This document shows, piece after piece, positions 1 through 12,651 of a stretch of 63,346 nt of DNA. Position 1 is the stretch's first letter; every line of letters begins with the position of its first letter. This stretch comes from Pocillopora damicornis (lineage: Eukaryota): assembly GCF_003704095.1 (NCBI RefSeq), contig NW_020844919.1:62001-125346 (forward strand). Direction: 5' to 3'. The notes below the pieces were generated by a model. The model was given only the letters and a program-made list of their open reading frames with translations, made no database searches and was not told the origin of the DNA. The position numbers and the translations under genes are program-made.

Positions 1-1537
1 TGTTGTCCAGTAGTTGGCCGGTGACGCACGACGCACTCGTGATGTCACATGGATAGTGTAAAGATCCTCATTTCCAATCTAAGAGATAAAATTTGAGGAA
101 AAAAAGAAATACCTTATTTTTTTATCGGCTACTCTGTTTATTTTATAAACAATATATCACGGGCAATAAATCACGGGAGTGACTCAAAACACTTCCCTTC
201 TCAGAAAGCCCGGAAAAGTTGAGCATATGTTATGTGAGGCGCCTATAACCTCTGTACCCCTCTGAAATTTCAAAGTGTCAATAGTAGCTTTGCTGATCGA
301 CATCAAACTCACACGATTTCTGATAAGTCCCCCACAAAAGTTGTTGACGTGTTTTGAAGTTACCGTCATCAATTCTTTCCCCAACTGCTTTAATTTTCGA
401 GATTTCTTTCAGTTTCATTTAGCGTGTTTTAGCCGGACCATGTGTCACGCTATAACCCACTTTGAGCGTGACGTGTTCATAAATTCGGGCTTAACATGCC
501 AGCTCGCGCGTAAGTTTCCACTGACGACAAAGCCACGTTGGTTTCCTCTTTTTTTTTTTGTTCATTACTTTTTCGAAGGAAAGAGTGCGTACATAGTATG
601 AGCACAACACAAATCTATAAAATGTTGTAATGCAGTAGAAATAGATCTGTGATATTTTAAATCCTGTATGATGTCGGAGATACAGCCTCCTCTTTGCGTT
701 CAAATCTTGATCCATAGTACTCAATTAATGTTTAATTCTACATATTTGCCGTTCGTTCTTCCACGAAGGTTGTGTAAAGAAAGGGAAACGCTAATTACGT
801 ACGAACAGCGCCCAGGAAAAATTACACGGAAGGTAAACAATAACTATTTCATCACAGACTATAAACGGTCGCTTAGACTTTTCATTTTTCTTGCACGTTG
901 CAAGCGCTGCTGCATTAAGCAGTGTTAAGATTAAAAAAAAATGATAAAAAAGGAATAAAATTTCGTATAAGAGTAGACATAACCCAAGATTTATGTTATC
1001 TACGCAACAGGCTATCTCTAACTACTTGCGATCCGCAAGAGCGCACGGTAAGTGCGTTTCCGTGATCCCTCTCTGGCTTGATCCAAAGCGAATTATATTT
1101 TTCATATCTGAAGGCTAAAAGTCATCAACGTGTATGGTGACAAATGCAATTTCCGGGACTTGTTGTGGGGTTGTTGTAAGTGGGAGGTTTGTTACGTGAA
1201 CCAGTGATCCAGATCAAAGAGGAATTTAGCGAAAGAATGATCAAAACATCACATTGCAACTAAAATTGAAATCTTACCTTTGCATTTGATTCCTCTTTCT
1301 TTGAAGTGCTACAGTCAACTTTCAAAAATACGGGGTAGAAGCACAGAGGATCGAGAATCTTACCTAAGTCGACCTTGGCTTTGTCTTTCTCAACACGTAT
1401 CATGCAGGTATTCTGGGCTTGTCATTTGATACAGTGGTTTCAATTCTTTGCTCATCATATTTTATATCAGATGACAAACCCCACTTGAATAGCAGTTGGT
1501 TAAAAATCGACTTAACGCAGATTAACCGTAATGAAAC

Positions 1538-1566
1538 TTTCGCGCGGATCGCGCGCTCTCGCGAAA
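1538..1566. promoter_or_regulatory. CG-rich palindromic (TCTCGCGA-like) promoter element upstream of JKAMP
   Basis: tttcgcgcggatcgcgcgctctcgcgaaa lies about 200 bp before the JKAMP ATG in otherwise AT-rich DNA. It resembles the TCTCGCGAGA housekeeping/bidirectional promoter motif. Confidence 0.35.
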
Positions 1567-1771
1567 AGAGGCTGGGTTACAAAGCCCTTGTAATGGCGAC
1601 TATGTTCTTTGGAGATGTCCGAGGTTGATTTTGGTCGATTCCACCGCAGACTTGTTTAGGATAGTTTCGACCTTTAAGACTTCAGAAATAACCTCTATAG
1701 TTCTATTGTCAAAGGTGGGAATCAAAGGGCTGAAAAAGATGTAGTTTGAAGTGGACTCAATGTATTTTAGC

Positions 1772-4700
1772 ATGAGTGAAAGACGTTTCTTTTCTCTTCT
1801 ATTGTCATTCACTTGGTTTTTGCCACTACAAGGGGGCATAAACGGTAAGGAATTCTTAGATAGTTTAAACATGGCGAACAAATCATGATATCATCACATC
1901 CAAACTAAGTAATGGTTTTCTCAAAAGTTTACACTAGATTTCTTTCCCTTCTCTCGGAGAATCGATCAAAATTAAATGTTATGTTTATTACATTTAACTT
2001 ATAATATCGGCGGTGAAAACATACAGCTGTTTTATAATATTATTGTAGGTGCATTTGAACCATGCCCTGGGAAATACTGTGGAAGGGTAATTAAAGAGGA
2101 TGGAAAACCTGGAGACTGCGGAGTAAGTAATGCGATTCTTTAATAAACAACAAATTTTTAAAAATTTCTCGAGAATGCAGACGCTACATGTCTTTATTAC
2201 AGTCCAATAGTAAGCTAGTTGCTAAGCTTGAATTAAATCCAAAATACCGTTCAAATGTATGCTTCTCTAAATGTGGCAAATATGAAAAATCTTTTTTGAG
2301 TATATCAACGTCAAAACAATGTCATTCCTACATCGTGTAGTTTTTTTTATTGGAATGCATATCATTTTGCACTGCTTCTCCACTGTAAAGGATTCCAGTC
2401 TATTGCAAGTTCTAATAAAGCAAAAGGCTTCACTTTCTAACAGATTTCTCTGTGTATTGAACGGCAGTTCAGATGTATGATATCCATAAATTCACAATCA
2501 TTTATTTATCACTTTCAAGTTTATTACGAACCATCAAAATGACCAGCTCCAACTTGGCTTATAGGTTCAGTTGTTAAAGCATTGCACCAGTATTGCAGAG
2601 GTCATGGGTTCAACTCGCATACAAGCCTGAATTTTTCAGGCTTTCTTTTCACTACTGCTTAAGTAGTGTACATAACTGCAGTGATTGCTCTCATCCTCAT
2701 AGATCAGGAGTGTAACAACTCACTGTCAAGAAAAGTTGGGATAACATAAGATTATTCACCTCTGGCTTGGGATTTTCAAATTTTTGTTTTTTCCTATTAA
2801 AATATCAGGGTTGATTGTATAAGTAATCAGTAGTAAATAGGTTTTTATCTTGATTGTTTTAATTTTATTATCATCAATTTTGTTTTTAGAGGGTCACTAG
2901 GAAGGGAGAAAATAAGAATTTTTTTTTAAGATCTTTTATTTTAATTACTATTTGTAAATAGGCTTTTTATCATTATTGTTGTAATTTATTGTTATCAATT
3001 TTGTTTTTAGAGGACCACAAGGGAGAATACTTTTCAAAGTAATTGGTGTCACCCTCTTAAAATAAAGGTTATTAATAATATAAAAATCTTTCCATTTTAG
3101 GCTTGCCCAAGAGGTTATAATACCAATGGCACAGTATGCTTGGAATGCTCATCATCTCCTGATTTATATGACTGGTTGTACTTGGGTTTTATGGCATTCT
3201 TGTCTTTGATAATTCATTGGTTCTTCATTGACTTGTTTGCCAAAAGAGATAGAAAAAGGTAACTACAAATGGAACTTTATTAATATTCAGTCATGCTTCT
3301 ATTTAGGTGCTTCAAGTTCAGAGTTTTGTGTGACTGATGTTGTTGGGAGATTTTTAATCTAAATTTTTTTTCACCAGTACTTTGAATGCAATTGATTTCT
3401 CAATTTTGTTTTTATGACTATTTTGCAGCATCTTGTTTCTCTGTGCGAGTGCTTTTGTTGAAAGTACTTTAGCTGCCATTTTTTCTCTTCTCATCAGTAA
3501 ACCTCAAGGTTAGTGTAGAACCTTAACCCTTTAACTCCCAGATCAAATTTGTAATTCTCCTTACTGTCAACCATACAATTCTTATAATGTTAGTTCTGAA
3601 AATTTAGTATTGGATCAATTAATTATCCCCAAATTGATATTTTTTCTTTATTCTCATCACTTTTCTGGTTGATGTTATATTGATATTGTGAGGAAAATTC
3701 TGTCTGCAAACATGTATGAAACATTTAAAGGGCCTTGTTTTAATTTTTTGTTCCCATGCAACACATAGACAATGCCACAATTGGATATGACTGCTTACCT
3801 GTAGATTACATTGAGGTTAAATGCTTTAATCAATCACTACTTTTGCAGTATGTTTAATATGTTGTTACTGCATTGTCTTTTATCTCAATTGTGTTATGTC
3901 GTAATGATGCTCAATGCATTTACTTTTTATCTTTGTTTAAGCAAGATATATCATCAGTTTTCTTAAGCAGTAAAAATTACAAATTAACCTTCCATGTGGT
4001 TTGAAATCATTTCAACCCCAATCCCATTTTAACCCTTTCACTCCTAAGATCTCACTAGTTATTCTCCTCACTGTTTCCCATTCAATTCTTGTGATGATAG
4101 TTGGGAGAATTTGGGGTTTGCATCGACTAATAATCCCCTAATTGATATTTCTCTCGATCCTCCTTGCTTGTCTGCTTGATAATGTATTGATATTGTGCAG
4201 TAAGGAGAAATTCTGTCTCAGTCACTCATAGAAGTTAAAGGGTTAACCTGCAACATGTATAGTTCTATGGCAACTTCTGTTTTCTGGGGACTATGTCATG
4301 GGCAGAGAGGGGCATGGTGAGAGTTAAGTATCTTACTCATGAGCACAACACAGTGAGGTTCCCTGAACTTTAATCAAACCTCTAGACCTGGCCCCAGTTG
4401 TTTGAGGGTTGGATATTTCTATCCATTGGCTAAATCTCTGCACAGTGGATTACACTATATGTTTTGCTATCACTTATCTGTGGGATAGTGATTTATCATG
4501 GGATAGTGTTGTCCACCCTTTATTCAACTGGCCCCTGGAGTCCAGCATGTGAATTGATAGGCCAGAACATCTCCCACTTGAGAAGGACTTGTTATCCTTT
4601 GAGGGAAAAACAAAATGAACAACACAGGAAAGAGATGTCTTTTGTCTGACTTTAACTTTAAGCAGTATACATTGTTCTACATTTACTGGTTTCTTTTCCA

Positions 4701-5713
4701 AAGATTAGTGTTTATGTGGATAAATTAAACTTGTTTTGTCTTTAAACATATAGGCAGCCTAAGTTTGACCTCATGCAAGACAAAACAAATTGCAGACTGG
4801 TATACAATATTCTTTAATCCCAAACCTGATTATGTCAACACCATTCATTGCACACAGGAAGCTGTTTATCCTTTGTAAGTAGCAACAAAAAGGTGGTTTG
4901 GGGAAGAATTGATTATTATTATTATGAAAAGCTCCTACTGAAAAAGATTTTTTAGTATAATTTTGTCCATTAAAATGTACTGAAATTTACAATAAACCTT
5001 ATAGGGGAGTATCTGGTTTGGCAAGGAAATAGGGAAGTACAAAATGTGTGATGTTGAGGACATTGTTGAGGAAGTTTATTTTATGGCCTGATGATGATCA
5101 TTAGACATTTGTTTTCTATGAAGGCATTGAATGATGAATTGTCGGCAATGAATGTCCTCAACAGGCAGATAACAAAATAGTTGCATTGCAATCTCTTAAA
5201 GCATATGGGACATATTGATAAAGGGTGCCTCGGTCCAGGTTATCATTGAATGTAGATCAGGTATATTCTGTGAGACCAGAAGTAGACATTTCTGGTGAAT
5301 TTCTGTATGTTTTTCAGCTTTTTAATGTTTGGTTTTCCTGTGTCAGGTACACCATAGTGCTCATGTATTATGCACTCTCTGTTGGGCTCCTGTTTTTGTT
5401 CCGGCCCATTATTTCACACCAGTTCTGTGATGGCCAGGGGAGAGATTCTACGTATGCTGCCATGTACTTCTTACCATCCCTTGCAGTGTTGCATGCCTTA
5501 TTTGGTGGAATCATTTGTAAGTGTTTTTGTTCTGTTTTGTTTATGATGAGGCATCAAGTTATTTAGTCTTGATGAGAAAACCTTGACACTCTATATAACA
5601 TATTCATTATACTTTCCATTCTTTTATTTTCAATAGATTATTCTTACCCATACATCACTTTAACTGTCTCTGTCCTGAGCACTGCTGCAGTCCTTGCCAA
5701 GAATAAAATAACG
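1772..5713 (+). CDS. JKAMP: JNK1/MAPK8-associated membrane protein (multi-exon, 3'-incomplete)
   Basis: Hand-spliced exons with GT-AG sites and consistent phases: 1772-1844, 2049-2122, 3101-3258, 3429-3508, 4754-4874, 5347-5516, 5637-5713. The translation contains CPGKYCGR..CGACPRG..C..C...PDLYDWLYLGFM..IHWFFID..ADWYTIFFNPKPDYVNTIHCTQEAVYPLYTIV..YAAMYFLP..GGIIYYSYPYI, matching JKAMP as I recall it (LYDWLYLGFMAM, DWYTMLYNPSPDYVTTVHCTHEAVYPLY). The final exon is not found; it probably lies in the gap at 5792-5891. Confidence 0.95.
2541..2700 (+). mobile_element. tRNA-derived SINE-like repeat in JKAMP intron 2
   Basis: Degenerate A-box/B-box tRNA-like head (ggttcagttgtt..agcattgcaccagtattgcagaggtcatgggttcaactc) followed by a gcctgaatttttcaggc hairpin. 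Confidence 0.6.
3523..3704. mobile_element. TTAA-flanked piggyBac-like MITE, truncated copy
   Basis: Starts ttaaccctttaactcccagatc and is near-identical to the complete copy at 12441-12651, but lacks the right TIR. Confidence 0.75.
4029..4246. mobile_element. TTAA-flanked piggyBac-like MITE
   Basis: TTAA-ccctttcactcc ... gaagttaaaggg-TTAA terminal inverted repeats; the interior is similar to the 12441-12651 copy. Confidence 0.8.
4390..4535. mobile_element. Small TIR element (MITE)
   Basis: Imperfect terminal inverted repeats ggccccagttg..gggttggata / tgtccacc..caactggccc around about 100 bp. Confidence 0.55.
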
Positions 5714-5749
5714 GTTAGTGTACTTTTGCATATCCCAGATGGTATGGTT

Positions 5750-5791
5750 TTAATCCTTTAACTCCCAAGATCTGATTGTTAATTCTCCCCT
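5750..5791. mobile_element. Left end of a TTAA MITE, cut by the assembly gap
   Basis: ttaatcctttaactcccaagatct..aattctcc matches the left TIR of the family and runs into the N gap. Confidence 0.6.
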
Positions 5792-6546
5792 NNNNNNNNN
5801 NNNNNNNNNNNNNNNNNNNNNNNNNNNNNNNNNNNNNNNNNNNNNNNNNNNNNNNNNNNNNNNNNNNNNNNNNNNNNNNNNNNNNNNNNNNGGGGGGGGA
5901 CACATCGCCTGTAAATTCGCGAACCAATAATTACACTTAGTTCGTCTCCCCCCCACACATACACAAAGAGAACCACGTTTATTTTTTTTAATTTCTCTTC
6001 ATGTTGCTTCTTATAATTGTCCTAAAAGACATTTAGATCCATGATTTTGTAAAATGTAGTAAAAAAGGGCAGACAATGTCTGCCAAATATGTCAATGAAA
6101 CTGGTGGCACGAACTCGAGTTTGAAAAATCTGTCATTTCTGTGTCATTAAGGTATGGGCAGTAAAAAAATAGAAATTATATAAGAGTATTATATTTGCTG
6201 TTCTTGAATGATGTTTAGTGTGGCCAGTGCTATTCATTGTAACAGATTTCAGTAAATCTGTTGAATAATTATTTGAGTAAGAATGAATCAGATATAAACA
6301 TCACTGTTTAATTATATTTTTATATTATGCTTGCTATTAAGTCGTGATTGCGACTGAGAAATACTTATCTGCGATATTAGGCGCTCTCTTTTTGATCGCG
6401 AACGAGTAGCGACTCATGAATCCGACAGTCGGTGAAACGAAGAAAAACAATGCATGATACGATTTCTCAATCTTAGTAGGCTGGTTACTCGTGTGTCACA
6501 ACGACTCGCAACTTGAACTTTATCTAGATCAAGCCAGTTGGACTTT

Positions 6547-6634
6547 AGTCTTCCTTCTCAGCTCTTCTACAGATGTCACGCATTTTGAGGGGAGTGTCGC
6601 GTGATATCCCCCAAGAACGGCTCCAAAGAAGACT
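6547..6634. repeat. Short palindromic interspersed repeat
   Basis: agtcttc..tgtcacgc..gcgtgat..aacggctccaaagaagact; a related right end (aacggctgcgaaggagact) recurs at about 39563-39581. Confidence 0.45.
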
Positions 6635-7179
6635 GTCTCGACTACATTGTGTAACCAGCTTTGCTCTCCTAGCCTGGTCTTGCCCTTCTTGTACTGGCCT
6701 GGGCTTTCATTTTTTTTTTTGTCTTTTCCTCTTTCTTCATGTCTTGCCTTGACTTGCCTTGTTTATTTTCCTCTTTCCCTTGTTTGCTTTGCTTCAGCTT
6801 GTCCGGACTTGTGTTAAGTCTTATCGCATTTTATCGAGTTTACCCCCGAGTGCGACTAATCTCAACCAACGACGCGAAACGGAACAACACGAAAAGATAC
6901 GAGGAGTAATGTTTTTTTGGGCGAATAAAAGGTGATTGTTAGATTTATTGAACATCACAACTTAGCACAACTTTAATACCGAGTTATGGCTGGTTCGCCT
7001 TTACTCTATACGGTAACAAGGCAAGAGAATTTAGCTTGACTAGATTCTTCTTCTTCCGGTGCGGTATTAGATGTACAAGGTCGACTACTTTCCGTTTATA
7101 AACAAGAATTTTTCGCATCACAAAAGCAGAGACTTATGATATCCGGCCTTCAGAATAATGTAAACAAAGAAATATAGGA

Positions 7180-7391
7180 TTAACACTTTAGCCCCCTAAG
7201 AGTGACTTACATCTAGTTTCTCCTTACTGTACCCCCCCTGAATCAAACATGGAAGTCATGAGAATAGAGGAGATGATCACCAACTTAAGCAGCTCTTGAC
7301 AGTTAAACAAATTCTCCTTGCCAGCCTCTTTAGAAAGGTATGTGAACAGTATGGAGAATATGCATACTGATGTTAGGGTGTAAAGGGTTAA
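7180..7391. mobile_element. TTAA-flanked piggyBac-like MITE (related subfamily)
   Basis: TTAA-cactttagcccc ... gggtgtaaaggg-TTAA, about 210 bp like the other copies. Confidence 0.7.
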
Positions 7392-10300
7392 GAAAGTTTT
7401 CAAAGTCAAAAATAAAATCATTCCATGGTAAAGCTGAATTCAGGGGTTGCGGAAGTTGGTAATTTCGGGTGATGAGTGAACTCAAACAATATCTGGTGAC
7501 TTGATGAATGCGGGTTTGAAGTTTCTTGTTTAGTTTTCACTGACATAAAGGAAGCCTTTAATTCATGCATTGTTTTCTCCTCCATGTTGACAACTAAACT
7601 GAATTAAATCTTGACAAAAAACTTACAGGGAAGTAAGCGATTGCTTTCTCGACAGCAATGTTAGAAGTGAACAGTTTCGTTGTTTCATCAATTTTAGTGA
7701 CAAACCATGCTAGTCTGGTTTGAATTCAAGGACCGATAAGCCATTCTGAGTAGTGGGTGCAGAAAGGTGGTACTGTATGATCCTGGGAAAACTAATTTTA
7801 TGAACTTGTGTTCGATATCAGTGACATAGCCGGAATTCCTGTTTGATTAAGTCATTTATTTTTAGCAAAAAAAGGAAATTTCCATTTTTAAATTATCACT
7901 CTTATTTTCAGTTCAGTAGCCTCAGTTCTGGTGAATGTTAGGAGATCTTTCTCCTCGCTTAAATTAACGCGGGGAGAGATCTTTTATTTAGCTGTAAGCA
8001 CTAAGTGACTTCTTATTTTTTAAACGAAGAATGCTTCAACTTAAGTTAGTGGTTTTAGACGCAATTTACGTTCTGTCGCGGTGTCAATGAATAACATAAT
8101 TATTTCGGAAAGGGAGTGTTTCAGAAAATGTGCAAAGAGGTTTCAGTGTTTCAGTTTCTCAGTTTTTTAGGAACATAATCGGGTAGCTTGTCGCATACGT
8201 GGCTATAGCTAATGTTAGAAACATGTAAAAATATCTTGGTGTATTTAACGAATGTAATGTTTGACTTTGAAAATCACTTCCTTGAACTTGTCACAAGCCT
8301 GAGTCTTTATATATTTGCTCTTTGCTTGATTCCAAAAATAAGTAAGTCTAACGAACCATCGAACATTCAATCGTGTCAAAGTAGACCAAGTCAATGCTGG
8401 AAACGTGGCATTTCCTCTCTCGATCACTTTTTCAAGGTATTAAACCAGGCCTAAGACTTATTGTCACATCCCTTTTGCCGCGCTCGTCTTCCGACCCGGC
8501 TGAGTCGTTAAGAAATACCGTATTACAAAACAATTACAAAAATAGTAACCAAGTGAGGATTTTAATCTAAAAGTGTAATATACTATCCTTTGATTCTGTC
8601 AACAAGACTTCTAGCAGACTTTTATTCCCTACCTGAATATAAACATAAATGCTGCAGACAATTGATATCGCCGCCAGGTTTTATCATATTTTAAATTTGC
8701 CTCTCGTGAGGTTTTGTTCAGGGTTTGGAAGTCGATCGAAGTAAAGTAATACGACTTAAGTAGCTTTCCTCGAACTTCAGAGGAAAATGCGAATGAAAAT
8801 ATAAGGAACAACAACAACTTAAACACAGGGACAAAAAAAAAAGTGTTATTGTGAAATGACCTATGCAATATTTTGTAATATCGCCATTATTGTTCAATTT
8901 TGACTCTATCTATAGTTTATGGTAGCCAAACGTTTCTGTAGCGAAGATCATTGCAAATGTTTACCGCCTCTATGAAACTTACAGCTGAGCGCGGACTGAT
9001 ATGCACAGAATACCGCGAACTGAGAAGGAAGAAACTGTCTTCCAAAAGAAAACGTGAAGGAATAAAGAAGCATAACTATACAGGAAACACTGTAAAGCGT
9101 TTCCAGACGCTGCTCTCAACCTAATGTTATGGAAGAATTAGAAAAAAGGCAAATTGTTTATCCTTAATGAAGTAATTTACGTAAATTGAGAGGGCGAGTA
9201 TTTTTTCAAATGTTGAAGACTACGTCACCATTGTGGTTAGGAAGTGTTTTCAACAAGTTTTTATTCCGCCCACTTGTTATCCAAACGACAGTATTAAAGT
9301 AAAATTCTGTAAAATATTGAGCGACGGGTAAAGTTTAAGAGTTGTCGCAATACTATCGTTATACACTTATCACGTTTGCCTTCATTAAATAATAATGAAT
9401 GAACATGCAACGAAGCGTATAGTTCTAAATAGCTCGTAACACTGACTCATGACTAGCAATGATGGAGTTTAGTTTGACTGATTCATTTGAAATTGTAAGT
9501 TAGCCGGCGATAGTTTGGTGAAGCTCATAAGGAAAGTTCACCAACTGCAAATAAATTTCAAAATAAATCAAGTAATTAATTTATTTTATTTGAATACAAC
9601 TGATATTGCCTTGATGACATTCGGAGGGTGCCGCGGACAGGGAGGAAGTTTATCGCAACGTTTGTAGTATATCATGAACACTTTGTACCAGTAAAATTAT
9701 GATACATTACTACGTAATAAATGTAAAATTTTGAGTTCTTTCATTTTCAATCGGTGCCTATTTGATATAAAAACGCTTTTATTTGTGGTTTAATGTCATC
9801 CCTAAATTTGGCTAGTACACAAATGACAGTTGAAAGGAATCTCTCTACAATCGCTGGGAGCGGCAAGCTAAAGCGGTATTTAACTGTCTTCTAGGAAATG
9901 ATGCAAGATATCGAAGAGAAAAATTAAAAGGGAAACTATGAAAATGTTTTTTTACTTCAGTGATGCCAATTTGAAATTTGTTCTTTCAATTGCCAATTTG
10001 CAAAATGCTCAATTTCTACTGCAAACGGCTCTCTAAAATAAAAATTTGCAAAGACAAGAGACTTTTCATTGTTAAATATTTCTAGGTCTTATAATGACTT
10101 AGGCGTTGCATAAACAAGGAAAAAAGTTTTCAAGAGGGTTTAATTGAATGTAAAAATCCGAATCTCCGTTTTGATTCGTGGGTGGTTAAGCCTGAAAGCA
10201 GATGAAGCAATTGATCACTACAGCTGAATGAGAGCGGCCATTAAGCTACTTTTGACAACAATAAACGGTGATTACTTGAAGTTCATCTTATTGTTAAGCT

Positions 10301-10523
10301 AAACATTCCCACTCTTTTTGGTAAACGTCAATCGTGACTTCTCCGACGCGGCTTGGGTCCTGGTAAATCATCGGGATGCATCGTCAGTTGCCAAGTACCA
10401 ACGAAGTGAAATCGTCGAACCCGGAAAGTTTACGACATCGCCGAAAATAAAACATGCCATCATCAACTAGTTTTGAATAAATGAAAATGCAGATTTTTTA
10501 GCGGAAACGGACTCGTCTGAAAA

Positions 10524-10653
10524 GGGATTCCCCTCGATGCGCTTATGTTTCTCTAGTTGATTATTTTAGCGCGTAATTTTCCGCATCGCGCGTAGCGCGT
10601 TGGTGACGCAATGAAGTGGAAGGAAAATATATCATTGGTGTAAAGTATATAAA
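10524..10653 (+). promoter_or_regulatory. Promoter of cytokine-like gene 1: NF-kB site, CRE/C-EBP composite site, TATA box
   Basis: GGGATTCCCC at 10524-10533, TGACGCAAT at 10604-10612, TATATAAA at 10646-10653, ATG at 10783. Confidence 0.65.
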
Positions 10654-10782
10654 GTAGCTTCGCTTTAAGAAAATTTCAAATCCATCTGTTGTTGGCTTTG
10701 CGCTGGTATTCAACCGTTCCAAAGACAGACCGAGCGGTGCAATTGTTTTAAGCTGTGAAAGTCGAGTAAAACACCAAGAATT

Positions 10783-10803
10783 ATGCTGTTCTCAGTTATT
10801 AAG
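10783..10803 (+). CDS. Cytokine-like gene 1, coding micro-exon 1 (MLFSVIK)
   Basis: ATG...AAG|GTAAGA phase-0 donor downstream of a TATA box; joins in frame to the acceptor at 11562/11563 and completes a signal peptide. Confidence 0.75.
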
Positions 10804-11562
10804 GTAAGATGGAAATTATTTTTCAGCAGTAATGAAAAACCACTGTGGTTTTCATTCATTCTCTTAGTTAACACGGGGCTTTGGTAAGGCATCCCGAAAC
10901 TTGAATTTAAACGTAAATATTACATCAGTCTTGTAATTTGGAAAAGATATGGAATATACAGACCAACTTAAATTACAATTTGATGTTGAAAATCACTTGT
11001 TATATTTACGTGTGAGTTTGATACATTTGTTGTAATGGCATTGGATAATTTTTTTTAGGTTTTGTTCACGGTTCGCGAATTTTATATTGTACTAAAAATT
11101 AACATTTCGATTTGCTCACTCACCTGAAACAGATTCACTATCACGCACATTTTACACTGAGTTTGATTTAATGAAATAATAACTGATATATTTAAAAAGC
11201 GTTGGCTGAAAACTTCAGCATTAAAATTAATCTGTGATTTACCCCTTTTTCTTATCCTTTAATAGATACTATAACCGAAAATATCTCATTTCTACGCAGA
11301 GCAAATGCAAAAACTGTCGTTCAAATGTGGGAGGTCAGATAGTGAAAGTTCAAAAGTGTTTTTGGTAATTGTTAAGATTTGAAGACCAGAGTGAGCGAGG
11401 CGAAAATATTTTTGATTAGTCAGTTATTTAATCTACTGTAAGGTGAAATCAGAATTATTGATTAAGTATGATGCCAATTTCTCTTGACTCAGCAATATTT
11501 ATATTAGCATAAGAACTTACAATCGCAACAATCTATTTATACTTTTCTTCATTATGTTTCAG

Positions 11563-12003
11563 GCGTTTTGGGCAGTTTTTACGCTCCTCTATTTGGCCCA
11601 AATGATCAACTCAGCTCCTTGCGGAGTGACGTTAGTTACACCAAGAAAAGTCGTGGAAAGAGTTTCCAGGTCTGGTTGGTTACTGGTGCGAGGAAATTCA
11701 TGGGAGGATTTTAGGAAAAGTTTGAATATTCGGCCTCGCCAGAGGAGAGGCATTAATCAAAGAAAATCCCGTCACTGTAATTGGACTGACGAGCTTGACG
11801 AGAACGTAAATAGAAAGCCAAGATTTTTACACAAAGCAGTACTAGGGTGCAAAAGTTGCTCTTCGTTTTGCAAGCCCGTGGAGTTTGATCATAAGGTACT
11901 TGTTAAAGATTGTAACGCCAGTCTAAGAACTCACAGAGAGAGAATGGACGTCTGGAAATGGGAGACAGTGACACTACCAGTGGCGTTTGTGTACAATCCT
12001 TAA
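11563..12003 (+). CDS. Secreted IL-17/Trunk-like cystine-knot-superfamily protein 1, exon 2 (153 aa spliced)
   Basis: Signal peptide, APCG, basic RPRQRR, then CNW..DE..NRKPRFL.KA...CKSCSSFCKPV....KVL...C...WKWE...PVAFVY. The CxW-x6-R-x-P-x2-L-x2-A-x-C pattern resembles the IL-17 core. Three paralogs occur in this window. Confidence 0.8.
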   Translation, partial: AFWAVFTLLYLAQMINSAPCGVTLVTPRKVVERVSRSGWLLVRGNSWEDFRKSLNIRPRQRRGINQRKSRHCNWTDELDENVNRKPRFLHKAVLGCKSCSSFCKPVEFDHKVLVKDCNASLRTHRERMDVWKWETVTLPVAFVYNP

Positions 12004-12440
12004 AAAACACCAAATCGATGTAGCTACCTTCTATGTGTCATCGTGACATTGGGAATATACGACACAAGATTTGGATGAATCTGCAAAGTACCTCAAAGAG
12101 ATAAGCTATATAATCTATAAATATGAAAACCACTTAAATGAGTGACGAAAGGAAGGAGAAAAAGAAGGACATAAACGAACTAATATAAAAAAGAAGAAGG
12201 ATGTGAACTCCGAAAGTAGTTCAGAAGGAGAGCCTCTGTGTAGACACGCACTTAAATTCAATATGATGTAAAAGTTATAAATATTTCCTTCTATTATAAA
12301 GTAGGCAGATAAAGAATTTTAGAAGGAGAAACAGGCTGAATGAATTTAATTCTAAATTTGACTATTCGTGATGCTTTTAGAAAATTTTTATCATCATTTT
12401 GTGATTATTTATTATTCCTCGTACAACGTGAAAATAGCTT

Positions 12441-12651
12441 TTAACCCTTTAACTCCCAGATCGAATTTGTAATTCTCCTTACTGTCAACCATACAATTCT
12501 TATCATGTTAGTTCCGAGAATTAAGTGTTGGATCAACTAGTTATCCCCAAATTGATATTTTTCTTTATTCTCATCACTTATCTGGTTGACATTGTATTGA
12601 TATTGTAAGGAGAAATTCTGTCTTGGTCACTCATGGGAGTTAAAGGCTTAA
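12441..12651. mobile_element. Complete TTAA-flanked piggyBac-like MITE in the 3' region of cytokine-like gene 1
   Basis: TTAA-ccctttaactccca ... tgggagttaaaggc-TTAA. Confidence 0.85.

Noticed and set aside
1600-1881. 93-aa minus-strand ORF
   Set aside because: Antisense to JKAMP exon 1 and 5' UTR; no motif.
5225-5346. N-terminal part of the 113-aa ORF
   Set aside because: Intron sequence read in frame into JKAMP exon 6.
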